From contig JAUCBJ010005647.1 of assembly GCA_032718475.1 (NCBI GenBank), forward strand, positions 1-53,957: a DNA stretch of 53,957 nucleotides, read 5' to 3'. The stretch is from Nemertoderma westbladi. Its lineage: Eukaryota > Animalia > Xenacoelomorpha. Made by a program: the position numbers and the translations under genes. The notes below the pieces were generated by a model, which ran no database searches, was not told the DNA's origin, and saw nothing but the letters and a program-made list of their open reading frames with translations. Below are positions 24,785 through 37,111 of the stretch, in pieces (position 1 is the first letter of the stretch; each line of letters opens with the position of its first letter).

Positions 24785-27335
24785 ATGGCGAGTAAGTTGA
24801 TCAGAAATAGAAAAGCGGAGTCAGGAGGAAAGGAGATACTGGTGGATTTCACCGAGAGGCATCCGGAAGAGAAGACGAGAGGATACTACGAGAGGTTGGA
24901 AAGGGGTCACGCGGCGCGAGCACTGCAAGATCACTTCAGGGAGATGCACGAACAGCGGCTGGTCGGGACCTACGGGACGCCGTCGCTGGACAACGCGATC
25001 TTCCAACACTTCCACTACGTGGTGAGAGGGGACGAGGCGAAGTTCGGGATTCCGAAGTACCCGAGGGAATCACCGAGGAAGGGCTGGAAGAGATTCATAG
25101 AGTCCGTCAACAGAGGAGGATATATGATCCTAGACGACGAGGGAACCGTGGAAGACGAGGCGGGTTCGAGACGAGGAACGGCGGGGTCGGCCAGGACCAT
25201 ACTCCTACATTTGGCCACGCCAAATGGGGACATCTTCTTATTCGACCTAGGGACGTATGGGAAGAAGGACAGGCCGAAATTAAACCGGTTACCGAAAGTG
25301 GTACAAGTCTTAGTAAGAGAGAAGTCGACGACGAAAGTGGGATCGGCGATTCGCGAGGACGCGGAGAGGATCATCAGTCCGGACGCCACCAACCTCCTGG
25401 ATATGCAGAAAGTCTTTATGGCTATGACGGCACCGGATGGGTTGGGGGTAGTCGAAAACACAGGCCAAAGCGGGGCAGTGGCGATGGGCCAATCATTGGG
25501 GCTCGTATGCCACAAACCGATGGACTGGGGGAAGTTTAGGGAAGAATACGGAGCAGAACTAGCGAACTCGCTAAAGTGGGGAGCGAGACCGGGAAGGCAG
25601 GAGGTATATCAGTTCCGAAGGGGAGCGATAAAGGTATATCAGAAGCGATATATCCTGCAGGAGGACTGGATGATGATAAGTTTGCTTAACTTATTCATGA
25701 CCGTGGTTATCGAGAGGGAACCAGGGGCATTTCTGTTATCGGGATCACCCCTAAGCTACAGGAGAGCCTTTAAGACGGCCTTTGACGATCTGGTAGACCA
25801 CCCGGGGCTGAAGGGCGAGTCGGTGTACTACAACAGCCGACATCTGGTAGACGGGGAGACAGATACACCGTATCAGAGATGGGAGCAGCTAGAGACGGAT
25901 AGACGAGAAGCAAAGCGACTGGAAGAAGTCGCTAGACGGGAGAGGATAGAAGCAGAGGAGAGGGAAGAGGAGGCAGGGACACAGAGTTACGGCTTCAAGG
26001 AACAGGCAGGCCTAGACGAACTTCATTGGACTTCATCAGGGAGTTCGGAGGAGTCTCTAGGGCGAGAATTGGGATGGACGGTGGGATCGCCGAAACAGTC
26101 GACGTCGGGGTTGCAAACAATGCCCATACCAGCGGGCGCCGAGGGCGACCAACCGCCAAGGAAGTTAAGGGAGCTAGAAGGATGGAGAGCTACGGGCGAG
26201 AGCCAAGGCGGGAAGGGACATAGTGGATCCATCGGGATACCGGGGTTGGAGACACTACCAGAAGAGGAGGACGACGACGATGAGTTCGGAGAGATGCCGC
26301 CCATCGAGAGGATAGGCCACTCGGACATGGACTGGGTTGGCGGAAGGGTGGTGACTGCCAGTGGGGCAAGGGCCTTCTGGAACAGATCCGGCAAGCGGAC
26401 CTGGGTGCACGAGGAGTGTGGCGATGGATTTCGCGGGGAGCACCATCAGGTTGGGCGAGCAACCGGGGACGACACCACGGATAGTATTCGGGGAGACGAT
26501 GCCCGAGAGGGGCGGAGAGATCGACGTAGATAGAGAGACCAACGTAGAGAAGTTCGCCTACCAGCTACTCCACAGACCGCGGAGATCGCTTGGGACGAAA
26601 GACGAGGTGGGACGGGAGACATTGGTACTCGGCTGCGACTACTGTGGGAGACAGACCCATCGGGAAAGCAGCTGCCTATACCGGTTCCAAAAAGGAACCT
26701 TTTGTCTCTACTGCAGAGAACCAAGCCACAGGATGGGGGCGTGTCCACGGTTGCATAACCGATGTCCAAAGTGCCACTTTCGGGGACACTACGGACGCGA
26801 GTGCGACTGGATGAACGACGAGGAGAAGTTCACAAGATTCGAGGAGTGGGCCGACGTCGGGGCCATGACGCGCCAGCGCATGAAGGCCCAGGAGTTCAAG
26901 TGGGGTTTCTTCCTTATCAATCAGGAGACTCACATGGAAATCATAAAGCGGAGGCTGCCGTTTACCTACCAAGAGGTAGCAACGGCGGCGTCGTACGCTG
27001 GAGTGATGAACACGCAAAGATATTTGGACAGGTGGACGCCAGAGAACCGAAGGGAGTTTAGGGATTTCTTGGCGGAGCACGTACCAAAGGCAATGAAAAT
27101 GATCCTATGGGACGCCACCAGAGGGAGACAACCGGGCCACTCTGAGGGGCCACCGGCGAAGCGATATCGGGCACTAATAACACCAGCGCCCAAGGAGCCA
27201 ACGACCGGGATCAGCAAGGAAGTAGCGGCGAAGGTCCGAAAGCAGAAAGCGGATGATGCCAGAGGAACGGTGATAACCAAGAAACGGCCCAGGGAACAGG
27301 ACGCCAGGGGGAACTATCCCCAGAGGAACAGATAG
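24785..27335 (+). CDS. Extra 3' ORF of family B: DEDDy-like 3'-5' exonuclease + triple CCHC knuckle (two overlapping frames, probably one frameshifted gene)
   Basis: ExoI MILDDEG, LLHLATPNGDIFLFDL, LPKVVQVLV..KVGSAIRED (ExoII), LLDMQ and QKRYILQE (ExoIII-like). Then CDYCGRQTHRESSC, CLYCREPSHRMGAC and CPKCHFRGHYGREC. Confidence 0.78.
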
Positions 27336-28050
27336 GTTCCCAGAGTCGAGGGATAGAGACTGAGACTTGGACGTGGTGCGCCTGGAAGGCGCCGCGTGGG
27401 ACGTACGAACTATTAAGTACAAGTTTAATTAATGCAAATAATCATATAAGTGCAATTTGTATGTACGTATGTAGTAATTAGTAATCTACGAATATATACG
27501 CTGGGAGTAAGTACTATAGTCATACAACCTTTCTCAATTAGCTACTGGGACTGGGGGACAACTGACTATGGCACTATGGACGAGACACCAGACGATTTCA
27601 CACTTCTTGAGTGCGACGGCACAAGAGGGGGGGGGGGGGGATTCGTCAGAAGGGATGAGGTAGTCAGAGTAGGGTTGAGGGACAGAGTAGTTAGTGCGAA
27701 GTGTGGAGAGAGTGCGGACGCAATTCTAGTGTGGGGGGGGGGAGAATAAGAGGCTGAGTGAGGGACGAGGAGGTCCGAGTGTATGAGAGAGTTAGGATGA
27801 GAGTGAAGAAGAGATAGGGCGGAAGTGTTGGGGAAACAAAAGTTGTGTGAGAGGTGAGCGTGATCGGCCCGACATGAGACGCCAGGCACACAGGGTAGCG
27901 TTATCATACCCATAGGGAGCGGCCTGGAAAGCCGGCTCCGAGAGAAAAGAATTCCACCCCACACCCGATACTAGATCGGGATCCAGCGGGATTGTAGCGC
28001 ACTTTTTGGTTGATGCTATCTTCTTACCGGGAAGATAGCATGGGGGGGAG

Positions 28051-28882
28051 TGTTAGCTTATTCAATCCCGCTAACACCCCATAAAGTTATAAGCCGATAA
28101 GCAATATTGGGAGCCACGAGATTGGGTAATAAACCAACTCGTGCCATCCCAATAAGAATGGGAAGGAGAAGCACACAATGAGGGTCAGGGGCCAAACCCC
28201 TAACCCAGAGAGAATAGGTGGAGTGAACGGGAACACTCCAAAGGGCGCCAACAAGGGTATCAACCAATCAGAGGGGGGAAAGGCATCGATTAGGTAGAGT
28301 AACAAGGCCAACCGTGCAATATAGCCACTTGGCAGTAATCATACCAGTTCAGTTATCTCAGTGCAATACCGGTGCTAGATTAGGTTACAATAGTTTAGCT
28401 AGGGAAGGACCGGGACTTTAGTTACCGTATCCCGCCTTCCGTATACGACAATATATCTCATACCTATATCTATATCTATATCTGCATATCATATAGGTTT
28501 AAATGAGTTAGAATGGGCTATATTCCGGTTTAAATAGTTAAAAAATTCAAAATTTACATGGCAATATAATTATGATCATTAAACATATTAATATTAACAT
28601 ATTAAACTATATTAAACTTTATTATTTTTAAACCAGACGTTCTGAAGATTTTGAAATGCATTAACGTTTTTAATATCTGGTTTACTTATTTATTTGTTTT
28701 TAATTACTTTTAATAATTTAATGTTTAATGATCATAATTATATTGCCATGTAAATTTTGAATTTTTTAACTGCATATCATATTATATACGACAAACAGTA
28801 CAAACTCATTTACTCTTTATACACGGCGGGGACGCGTGAACTAAAACCGGATAAACCGGGATCCCTCTTGGATCCCGTCACA
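28051..28882 (+). repeat. 3' LTR of family B, with secondary insertion 28495-28769
   Basis: Matches the 5' LTR. The insertion is flanked by a 13-bp duplication CTGCATATCATAT. Confidence 0.95.
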
Positions 28883-30209
28883 AAACGTAAGTTAGTTAAA
28901 TGTACGGTGGAAGGATGTGTATCATATGTACGACGATATATGCGGACCACCTAAACAGGGTTCATAGCATTCCCCGTTATGCAATAGAATCTGAAGACAA
29001 ATCCCCAATTTCCAATCCTGAACGTCAGCAATATTTACGAAATCCGGGGCGTTTTTCCATCCCCTCACCCCCATCAATCCCACAAGGTCCTCTACCAGTA
29101 ATTCCACAGTTTAAACTTTATTTGGATAGTCCTATGTCGCGAGTTTCTGATGATGTTACGAAAAGAATGACCCTATCGTATTGCATACATTTTTTCAACT
29201 TAATGCAGAAATGTCTTACTACTGATGATATGTTTGAAACTGATAACATAGTGAATACTTTTGTGCTCGTGAAGGAGGAGAAGGTGCGTGGGGGGAAAGT
29301 GAGACAGGCTACAACATTAAATATGTATCTCCAACGCCTGATTAGCTTTATGGATTTTTCAGTTATTAATAATGATTTAAGACTGGAAAGGTCCCAAATT
29401 ATAGCTGCAAGAACGACTTTAAAATGTCTGGTAGCCAATCAACGAAGTTTATTGAAACGACACCTGTGGCAAATAAGGGCGGAGGCAACTAAAACGATGC
29501 CGACAGCAGATGAACTTTTGCGGTTTGAAACTGCCCCTCTCAGTGGGCCAATTCGCAGCTCAATTAATCTTCTAAAAACTGGTGTTAAAGATGGAGGTGT
29601 TCCGCTATGGAGTATGCAAGCTTGGTTGATGTTGGGGCTTTCTCTGTGCCATGGGAATCGATCTTGCGGAGTTATTAACATGACACTAACTGAATTTGAT
29701 AACGCATTCAAGAGAGAAGATGGTTATTGGATGATAGACGTAACAAACCATAAGACTGGGAGTCAACATGGTCCTCAAACCTTTATGATCTCACCAAGTT
29801 TATTTGAATTGTTAGATATCTGGGTCAAATTTGGACGTAACAGTTATTCGTATACTATTAATGCCCCTCTCGTATTCCTCACGAAAGCTGGAGAGAGATA
29901 TATGTGTATTACGAACAAGTTAAATCGTTTATGGAAAAAATGATACCCTAGTTCCAAATCCAAAGCCGGAACAACAAGTATCCGACACAGTATAAGTTGT
30001 TTTAACCAGCAATACCCGGGAATGGAAGGAGATCAGAACAGGGTTGCGAAACTAATGGGACATTCCTTAGTTTGCCAACGTAAAGTTTATGACGAAGTCA
30101 TAAGGCCCAACCAAGCAAAAGAAGCAATTGGCCGAATAAGACATGCTGTAGAGTATGCTGCCACTGGTTCTATCAGCCTGAGAGAGAACACCATAGAGTT
30201 GCCCACCAA

Positions 30210-30362
30210 TTCTGACCTACTTAAAGATTGCCCTGCCGATTCTGACCCACTTAAAGATTGCCCTGCCGATTCTGACCCAGTAAAAGATTGCCCTGCCGAT
30301 TCTGACCCAGTAAAAGATTGCCCTGCCGATTCTGACCTACTTAAAGATTGCCCCGTCGATTC
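30210..30362 (+). repeat. 30-bp coding repeat (DSDPxKDCPA x5) in the YR C-terminus
   Basis: Direct inspection. Confidence 0.88.
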
Positions 30363-31015
30363 CAACAATGTTAAACTAGACCTTACTTCTATTTTAACGA
30401 CAGTTTCTGGAGAACGAATCTATAATATCAGTATTCCTTCTACATCTACCGAACCCCTACCGTCAGCGCGTCATCCCCGCACTATTTGGTCGACAAAAGA
30501 AAACACGAAATTAAGAAGTCTATTTAGTTTAACCGATAGAATTACGAAGGAGAAATTTAAAGCTTGTCGGGAGCACGTCCCGCCCCGCCTCCCCGTAACT
30601 CCAGTCTTCAGTATTAACTACTACTACATTTTAGTAGTAGTCACTTACAGTAGGTTCCAATATTTATTTCGTCAATATTAATATTTTTCTTGTTAGACGT
30701 TTTGGAAACTTGTATAGTTGCTATATATGTGCATATATTTTTTTCTGTAAAAAAAAACGTTTTGGCTACAAGGAATATATATATATATATATACTTACTA
30801 TACGATGTATGTATGTAAGTAAGTACGTACAATCTAGAGTTCGTATACAAAAGTATACATTGGGAACATATTTCATATACCTAATGTATACTTTTGTATA
30901 CAATAAAAAAAACAACATTGGAAAAAATTTTTTGAAAATTTTTTCATCAAAAATTATTATTTGGTGTATAATTAACCCATTAATTAACAAGACCAACCAA
31001 TTTTTTTTTCCTAAA

Positions 31016-33274
31016 TTAAATTAATTCAGGCCGGAAAGGGTTAATAGGGTTTACTATAGGAGTTTCTACTTCACTAGCAGTATAGATGCGTTTAGGCTCC
31101 ACACCTTGCGCATGAAATACTTCAGACCTAACTGGCTGACACATTGTTACAGAGGGTGGTGGTATACTCATATGTATATTTACTAATTTATCGAGTTCGA
31201 GAGCGATATGCTGCTGTACTTCTTGCAGCTCTAATTTACTCTCTCTTACTGTTCCATTTAACAGTTGAACAGTCCCTTCCAATTCTCGGACTGGAATTTA
31301 TTCTCCTCCAATTGCCCGAGCAATTCCTCCATCCCCCGTCGTCCTTCCTCCATCCACTGGACCGCGGATGCAGGAGTCGCCAACAGCGTAGCTGGATGGT
31401 ACATAGGGACGACAGGGGACAGTCCGGTTATTATCTCTTGCTCAGTGTCAATGACAGTCTGAGATTCTGGCAGTTGTCTACTGCAGATAGGTATTTTGGT
31501 ACTGTGTAAAGGGAATTTTGAGTTGGGTTCTGGGAGCAAAGGGGTCTCTATTGAAGGAGTGTCTTTGCTAACAGGCCTAATTAATTCTGGCTCATCTACT
31601 ATAGTAGGGAGTCTTTCTACTCTTATAATTTGGGCTGTTGACTCCTTATTACTTAAGTCTACATTAGCTAGTTCCCTTCTCACCGTAGGGGGTAAGTTAG
31701 GCAACTTATGTCTGTGGGGCGCTCTTCTACGTCCGTTTGAACGAGCTTGGTTACCTTTATACTCGGAATCAGTAGTAGTACCTTCATCTGAGGAGGTAAA
31801 TCCATATCTTCTGGGAGTAGATCGACTCAGTAGTTGCATCTGAGTAGCTGTCCTTTGTTTATTTAAGTAATCTTGTCTCGCCTGAATGCTCTCTAATTCT
31901 AGCTGTGCCTTTGCTTCAGCTGCCTTTCTATCAGCTTCTGCCGCTGCTGCCTTTCTATCAACTTCTGCCGCTGCTGCCTTTCTATCAACTTCTGCCGCTG
32001 CAGCCTTTCTATCAACTTCTGCCGCTGCTGCCTTTCTATCGACTTCTGCCGCTGCTGCCTTTCTATCAACTTCTGCCGCTGCAGCCTTTAATTCAGCTTC
32101 CATGGTTGCAGCTCGTTTCCGGTCTTCTATCTGTCCTTTCTTTATTTGTTCTCTTTTGTCCATCTCGATGAGAATGCTTTCATCAAATTTAGCCTGCTCC
32201 GCAGCTAATGTCTCCGCATCTAGGGAGTCGAAAATGAATTTGGCTTCTTCACTATTGGGGTGAAGTCCAGCTAGACGTCTCCTTAGCTCTTTGTCACCTA
32301 TAAATCGTTGATAATCCGACAGATAGATGTCAATAGCATCCATCTTCTGAGGTTTTTCGGATACTGCCTCACCTTCCACATGGGAGAAAGTTGCATCGGT
32401 TGATTCTCCTCAGGCTATGCGTTCAGCTAGTTGAGCCTTCCATTGTGTTGTTCCCTGGACTTTAGCATTCACTCGTTCGAACCAAGTCTTTACTGCCACC
32501 TGCAGCGATGTGTCTTGACTTCTCTTCGAGGCCTCTTCAAAGGCTGAAAGGATTAATCTGATCCTCAATATACGTTCTCTCACTTGGTAAAGCAGTTCTC
32601 CCTGCTCTTGAGGTCCCTGTTGTTGTTGAAATAACTGTGCTTCTACTCGTCCCAAGGAGTTGAAGAATCCCTGGACATATCCTGCTGCTGACCTCTTCCA
32701 TACAGCGGGATCTCGGGTGTCCCTAACTACTCCCATTTGATATAAGTCTTCCCAGGCAGCTTCCGATAAGTTAACCAGAGTCTGTGTCCAGGGAAGTTCC
32801 ATTGAGTCTCTACAATAGACCTTAGTTCTTCCAATGTGTATCCAGCGTAACTGTCCCTGGTCGATCTCTTATTTCTCATCTAATCCGCTTGATGTTCTTC
32901 TATAGCTATAAGTACTCTAGTGAGCACTGCCCCAAGAAGAACTAAAAGTGGGTCAGGGTAAACCGCTTCTTCCATCCTTGATCCAATTACTTTTTATCCA
33001 GTTAGTTACTACGTAGTTGAGAAATAACTTCTCGGTTCGGGTACTGTTGCTGTTTTACAGCCGTCGCTTGGTCTCGCTTAACTTGAGCCCTAGTGCCTAT
33101 AATAGACCTATGGTGCTTCACTAGCCTAGGGTCCGACACGACTACTGTAGGGATGACCTTTCTTACAGTAGGAGGGGACTTAGACTTTGGTCGGGGCCTT
33201 TCTATACTTTGATCTGGGTCACAGATTGTCCTTTCCAAGAGACTATCTGACAGGGTTTGTTTTGTGTCAGACAT
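31016..33274 (-). pseudogene. Disrupted gag-like ORF1 of A' (includes 27-bp AAAAEVDRK repeats at ~31920-32090)
   Basis: ORFs 33002-33274, 32410-32802, 31258-32379 and 31016-31282. The first three align with the intact ORF at 52745; the last lies beyond the part of that ORF inside the window. Confidence 0.75.
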
Positions 33275-35577
33275 AATTTATTTTACAGTTGAATGCCTAT
33301 CACGATAATAACAGTTAAAGTAAGTCTAGGGGAAATCAGTATCAACTGTCAGTCTCGTAGTTACTGATATTGCTACTCAATGTAACGTGGTATATATCTA
33401 GTATTAGAATACCGGTATACACCTATAGTATATATAACAGTATTATTACAGACTATGATCAGTCACAGAATACCGGTATATAAGTTTAGCCTAATTTATA
33501 TAAATATATAATAAGCTTACTTTAAACACTGGTAATGTCAATAATGTAATAATAACTGATTATCCAAATTTTAGGAATTATTTCCCTTTACTTTATGACT
33601 GATATTAAGCAGTAGGTTCAACTGATATTAAGACCTAATTGATGTATAACAGGCCTATTAATTTATAAATCTGATTGAGTTAATTTATAAATATATATAC
33701 CCGTAATGGGTTTTGTCAATATTTGAAATAAATGTTATTATTTCTACACAGAGGCTGGACACTCTCAGTGGAGTGATACTTGTTAGACACTAAATACTGA
33801 TAATTCTACCTAACTAAGTTACTTATCACTACAAATTACTTACGTATCGGGTTGAGATTACACAATCTCTAAATAAACAATGAACAAGTTACACGTACAA
33901 TTTTTAGGGTAATTTAACAAGAAATTTACGAACCAGACTAACAAGGAGTTAGAATTTCTGGTTCTTACAGACTGACAGGAATTACGGTATTTTGAAACCA
34001 ATAAAGTAGTATTCAGTACGTTGTGTTGTCCAGATAAGGAAATGCCAACGTCTGACGGCTTATAGTCTACACACTAAGCACTACGTACCCGGAGTGTCCT
34101 ATACCTAGAGATTAATTATCAAAGCCAACTATAGCTAACGGACCTATTAACCACATTACAACACAAATATACTGCCTACGCACTAAATTACTTTCAGGAA
34201 AGCACTGTACTCTAAACCCTAAATTAGGTACTAGCACTTATACTACGTATAACTTGCAGTTAAATATACATGAACAGCCAAAAGAACCACGGTATCTGCT
34301 GGAGTGATCGGAGCACTAAATCACCAGTCTGTCCTACGCCAAGCAGTCCTGAAGTAGTACCAGGGTTAATTTAACTATAACAGTATGCATAACAAGCATA
34401 ATTACTGTAAGGGATAAACTTGGGGACATGAAGGTTGCAATTACTTGCATAAACTCTGAATAATAAATATTACGCTACCCGTACAGACTATTCAAACAAA
34501 ACACAGACCAAATGCTGGCAGACTACTGTCAAGCCTAAATAAACCACAGTATATGCAATCTCCGAAATGGTTAGTTAGTAAGCGTTCTAGACTACGTAGT
34601 ACGACTTATTCCTTCGTGGAGGGTTTACCTTATAGCACTGGATGCCTCCACTTTCCTAACTAGCACTTTATCGGACAGACACTCTATATACACTGCAATC
34701 GCCTCAGACCTAACAACAATCAGACAACAATCCGGCCTACAAGTTATTTATATAATCTGAGCAGGCTTACACGCCTTCTGCTCAATATTACACTTACAGA
34801 TAAATAAGCCAACAGAAATAAGTAAAATCCTAATAAAACCAGGGCTGCAGTCCCTGATTAAATATTAAGACCTACCGGTATATAATTATCGCAATCGAAT
34901 TAATACTGCTGTAAGTACCGGTTCGGGTCAGGCCTACAGTTTACCGTCCGACCAGTACGTTTTGGGTTTATTGCCTACTGGGCAATAAAAGAAACAAAAT
35001 CTATTAATGTTTGCGCTTTTAGACCTTTTAGCAGTTAACCTGCCAAGTTAAATGTGCCTTTACTTATAAATCGACTTTTGCCCTTACCAATTACCTGGTC
35101 TACTGAATTTACATCCACCGAAGCCAGTCCATGCGCGGCGTATGACCCACTATATGGGAGACTGGATTCGGGTCCAGAGAAAGTTATTATGGTGTAGGCT
35201 ACTTTGTATTATTCATTTGATCGCTACTATATAATCTCCAACAACTATATTTACTTTCGGGGAAATATTACCAGTTCCTTTAGGACGTGGCGCTTTAAGT
35301 ATAAAACAGAGTTATGACTTACACTAATCACAACTAGATGGCTACATAGCGCATTCTTTAGGAGATGCTTTATTAACCTTCACATGACTTCACACTACTT
35401 CACACTAATTTGCTGACCATCACTGACTTTTATCATATATAAGGAGGATTGCAACTGACACACGAAGGTATTATGAAATAGCATTTAATCCACACAAAAA
35501 CCACTATAATTTGAGTTGCAGTTGCTACCGGTAGACCCTTCTGCTTACCTGAGTAATTAAGAAAGTTGAGGGGTTAA

Positions 35578-37111
35578 CCCTATTAAACCCGGGGGAGGGT
35601 CAATATGACCCCCCCCCCGTGGTTTTTTTATTATAATTCTGAAACAAACGCAGTTGGGAATCTGAAATTTTTTGACTTTTCCTAAAAATCTAATGTCTTT
35701 CAAGTAGTGAAAACCGTTTTCAAAAATATTGGGTACTTTTCGAGTTATAGCACCATTTTTTAACCCTACTTTTGGCACTTTTTTTGAGACGTTTTTTGAA
35801 AATTACATTTCATTAAATATGAATTGTAACATCTCTATTTTTGATTTACACCGGTTTTTTGGTGTTAGAAATTTGATGGAATTCATATAAATTGATTTAG
35901 AAATTTCAAACTTGTTTTTTTCGGTGGGTGCCAAATTTTGGTGCCAACACCAAATTTTGAAATAAGTCAATTTTGTAAATTGATCATTTGAAACTTGTTT
36001 TTTACGCAATTGGGTTTTTGGGTTTCTGGATTCGATGAAATATATACGAGTTGCACCAAACGTATCAAACTTGTATTTTTCGGTGCTGTGTGCAAATTTT
36101 GGTGCTAGCACGAAAATTTGAAAATCCAATCAATAGATAAAATTGCTTGTGACAATTTATTTCTTGCGTTTTAGAGGTTTATAGCTGTTCTGAATTCAAT
36201 GGAAAATATAATTATCGAACTAGACATCTCAAACTTGTATTTTTCGGATGCGGGTGCAAAATGTGGTGCTAGCACCAAATTTTGAAAACCATCAAATATA
36301 TCAATTGATTGTGTCACCTTGTTTCTTGCGTTATACGGGTTTGTGATGATTCTAAATTCAATGGAATCAGTAAAAATTTCATAAGAGTTCTCAAACTTGT
36401 ATTTTTCGCCGGTGGGTGAAAATTGTTGTGCCAGCACCAAATTTTGGAAAATATGCAAATTGATAAGTAGATAGTATCACCTTGTATCTTGCGTTATACG
36501 GGTTTATGAGGGTCCTGAATCCGATGGAATCAATAAAAACAGCACTGGACATCGCAAACTTGTACTTTTTGGTGATGGGTACGAAATTTGGTGCTAGCAC
36601 CAAAATTTGCCAAATTACGCCGAAAAATACAAGTAGCAATGATCTGGCATATTAGAAATGTATTCCATTAGAATCAGCGCCCTCGAAAACCTGAAAATGT
36701 GAATTTATAGCATCGTATAAGTGAATTAAAAATTTTGTGTTCTAACTGAAAAGTGCTGGTTACTTGTTTTTTTCATTTTTTTCCTACGCAGAGAGGACTA
36801 AACAGCCATTTATAGTAATCATATCATTTTTTAACATTTTCCAATGTATTTTGCACCCCTGAAAACCGAAAATGTAACTTTCAAATTTGGTGAAAATTGT
36901 GCACTACTTGGAATTTTGGTGCTGCAATATAACCACCCCAGTACATTTTTTCGAAAAATTTTTTTTTCGGTCGGATCCAGACAAGTGATACCTTCGTACA
37001 AACAAAAAATCGGACGTTTTCGTAAATATTTGTAGATTTTAGAGGGGGGGGTCAATATGACCCCCCCCCCCCGGTATTTGTACAACATTTTATAGCCCGG
37101 TACTAATAGGG
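35578..37111. mobile_element. Non-autonomous TTAA-specific (piggyBac-type) element inserted in LTR A'
   Basis: TTAA TSD (35574-35577 / 37112-37115), termini CCCTATTA...TAATAGGG and subterminal GGGTCAATATGACCC palindromes. Removing it restores the LTR. Confidence 0.85.
35860..36620. repeat. Five diverged ~160-bp repeats, each with an AAATTT-GGTGCTAGCACC-AAATTT-type palindrome
   Basis: CAAACTTGT anchors near 35908, 36066, 36230, 36392 and 36555. Confidence 0.75.

Larger units (their letters stand above)
14196..28882 (+). mobile_element. Full-length BEL/Pao LTR retrotransposon (family B)
   Basis: TG...CA LTRs, 5-bp TSD AAACG (14191-14195 / 28883-28887), PPT GGGGGGGAG (28042-28050), and gag-PR-RT-RH-IN order with BEL-type motifs. 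Confidence 0.96.
11815..30681 (+). pseudogene. Crypton-like tyrosine recombinase gene in three pieces (11815-12635, 14082-14195, 28888-30681)
   Basis: Removing both insertions plus one TSD copy each restores the frame: CPLC-SKRIYNLKRHLFLIH...ETKR-KLVKCTVEGCVSYVRRY(fs)ADHLNRVH (two C2H2 fingers). YR motifs follow: GNRSCGVINMT, HKTG, VFLTKAG, TSIRH (after in-frame TGA 29941-29943) and AKLMGHS...KVYD. Confidence 0.8.

Noticed and set aside
14771-27280. Numerous antisense ORFs over gag-pol and the accessory gene
   Set aside because: Shadow frames of purine-rich coding sequence with no recognisable motifs.
24785-27335. env gene
   Set aside because: No signal peptide or TM anchor evident; exonuclease and knuckle motifs instead.
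28900-30681. Bacterial or phage integrase contamination
   Set aside because: Fused to C2H2 fingers and interrupted by eukaryotic TEs with TSDs.
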